IMG/VR virus record: IMGVR_UViG_3300017613_000561
Coordinates: 1 to 64,000 of that record
Source of the DNA: a virus
Reading direction: 5' to 3' (one strand)
DNA length: 64,000 nt
Program-made: the position numbers and the translations under genes
Notes under the pieces: generated by a model
The model's input: only the letters and a program-made list of their open reading frames with translations
Database searches by the model: none
Told to the model about the DNA's origin: nothing
Shown here: positions 63,138-64,000 of the stretch, one piece after another
Numbering within the stretch: the stretch's first letter is position 1
How the letters are laid out: each line of letters opens with the position of its first letter

Positions 63138-63326
63138 ATGAGCAAGTTAGGATTGGTAGTTGTAATCATGTACGGAACCCTGCTTCTGTTGGGTTTGGGA
63201 GTTTTGATATTGGATCTTAGAGGTATGGGCGTAGTGTGTGGCCTATTAGGTGGCTGGGGTAGTACCATGCTAGTTACTTACCTGTACCTGCGGCGCTATT
63301 CAGTCAGGAGAAATCCGTATTTTTAA
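63138..63326 (+). CDS. small 2-TM membrane protein
   Basis: AGGAGG RBS. Confidence 0.5.
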   Translation: MSKLGLVVVIMYGTLLLLGLGVLILDLRGMGVVCGLLGGWGSTMLVTYLYLRRYSVRRNPYF

Positions 63327-63341
63327 TCCAGGAGGGGCAAG

Positions 63342-63770
63342 ATGGGATCAGCAAGTAACAAATCATATGTAACAGTAGAACAGCATATCTGCCCAGTCTG
63401 TGGGGTGGAGCATGACTCGGGAGCAATACTGATGGACCGTAGGATGCGAGATAGGTTTGAGCACACCACACTTACGGGCTATTCGCTGTGCGATGTACAT
63501 CAGAAGCAGAATGACGAAGGCTATGTATTCCTGATAGGCGCAATTCCTAAGGGTGTGCACAGTGACAGAAAGTCCAATTTCAAAGAAGATGATGTGACCC
63601 GCACCGGGGAGTTGGTGTCCATCAAAAGGCATGTTGCTGAGCAGCTGTTTAATTGTGAGGTAGCACCTATGATGTACGTTGAACCGGCAGCAGTTAAGAA
63701 GATTCAAGAAATCTGTACCGCACACGGCATAGATCCAAACCTGGAGGGTGATGATGGCAACGAAACGTAA
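63342..63770 (+). CDS. Zn-ribbon phage protein
   Basis: CPVCG...LCDVH...RTGE. Confidence 0.6.
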   Translation: MGSASNKSYVTVEQHICPVCGVEHDSGAILMDRRMRDRFEHTTLTGYSLCDVHQKQNDEGYVFLIGAIPKGVHSDRKSNFKEDDVTRTGELVSIKRHVAEQLFNCEVAPMMYVEPAAVKKIQEICTAHGIDPNLEGDDGNET

Positions 63771-64000
63771 GATCAGAAAACGCAGTAGGGTGAAAAAGAG
63801 GAAGGAGGCATGGCAGATAGCCTTCGATAAGGTGCTTGATGCTTTGTGGGAGAGAGATTATGAGATAGCCTACATAGCAGAGCAAGCTGGGGTAGCCCCC
63901 AGTACTCTACGTAACTGGATGATAGGTGCAACGTATGCTCCACGTCTGGTCACCATAGGTAAGGTGCTGCCGGTGCTTGGCCTGACCATCAGTGTTGAGT
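63751..64000 (+). CDS. XRE-family HTH regulator (3' truncated by window)
   Basis: IAEQAGVAPSTLRNWMIG...PRLVTIGKVL..LGL. Confidence 0.7.
   Translation, partial: MMATKRKIRKRSRVKKRKEAWQIAFDKVLDALWERDYEIAYIAEQAGVAPSTLRNWMIGATYAPRLVTIGKVLPVLGLTISVE

Noticed and set aside
1-64000. Minus-strand ORFs in the track (e.g. 23181..24107, 52903..53925, 44790..45542, 43399..44118)
   Set aside because: All lie antisense to well-supported + strand genes and lack recognisable motifs; treated as shadow ORFs
1-64000. Alternative genetic code (stop-codon reassignment)
   Set aside because: Long genes are intact in code 11, coding density is high, and TAG, TGA and TAA all end genes at sensible boundaries
1-64000. 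tRNA, rRNA, integrase or IS elements
   Set aside because: None recognisable by eye; tRNAscan-SE and HMM searches would be needed to exclude them formally

Overview
This 64 kb window is part of a tailed dsDNA bacteriophage genome, probably from a Gram-negative host (two-component spanins, sigma70-type promoters). Essentially all credible genes are on the + strand and read in the standard code. Layout: (1) 1-23.4 kb, tail/virion accessory genes, including a 2046-aa protein with nine LamG-like domains. (2) 23.4-25.5 kb, lysis module (T7-type amidase, holin, i/o-spanins). (3) 26-42 kb, replication and recombination: AAA ATPase, peptide deformylase, HTH initiator with an internal iteron origin, degenerate DnaC-like loader, DnaB, primase, SSB, SF2 helicase, RecA, two PD-(D/E)xK nucleases and RuvC; no DNA polymerase is recognisable in the window. 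(4) 45.1-54.2 kb, one tightly coupled operon: DegT aminotransferase, SAM methyltransferase, soluble PglF/WbpM-type dehydratase, WbqC, PIG-L deacetylase, GT-B glycosyltransferase, ParB-like protein, small and large terminase. (5) 54.2-64 kb, small early-type ORFs behind a family of TTTGACAAAC promoters. Main findings: a palindrome (T)GCACTTAAGTGC(A) present at 17 sites across the window, with a candidate autoregulated binding protein; a complete amino-deoxysugar pathway fused to the packaging genes (candidate new DNA or virion glycosylation system); a roughly 80-nt promoter-to-terminator sRNA with anti-Shine-Dalgarno loops; and an attC-like cassette remnant. All product calls come from motif recognition by eye; no database searches were run.
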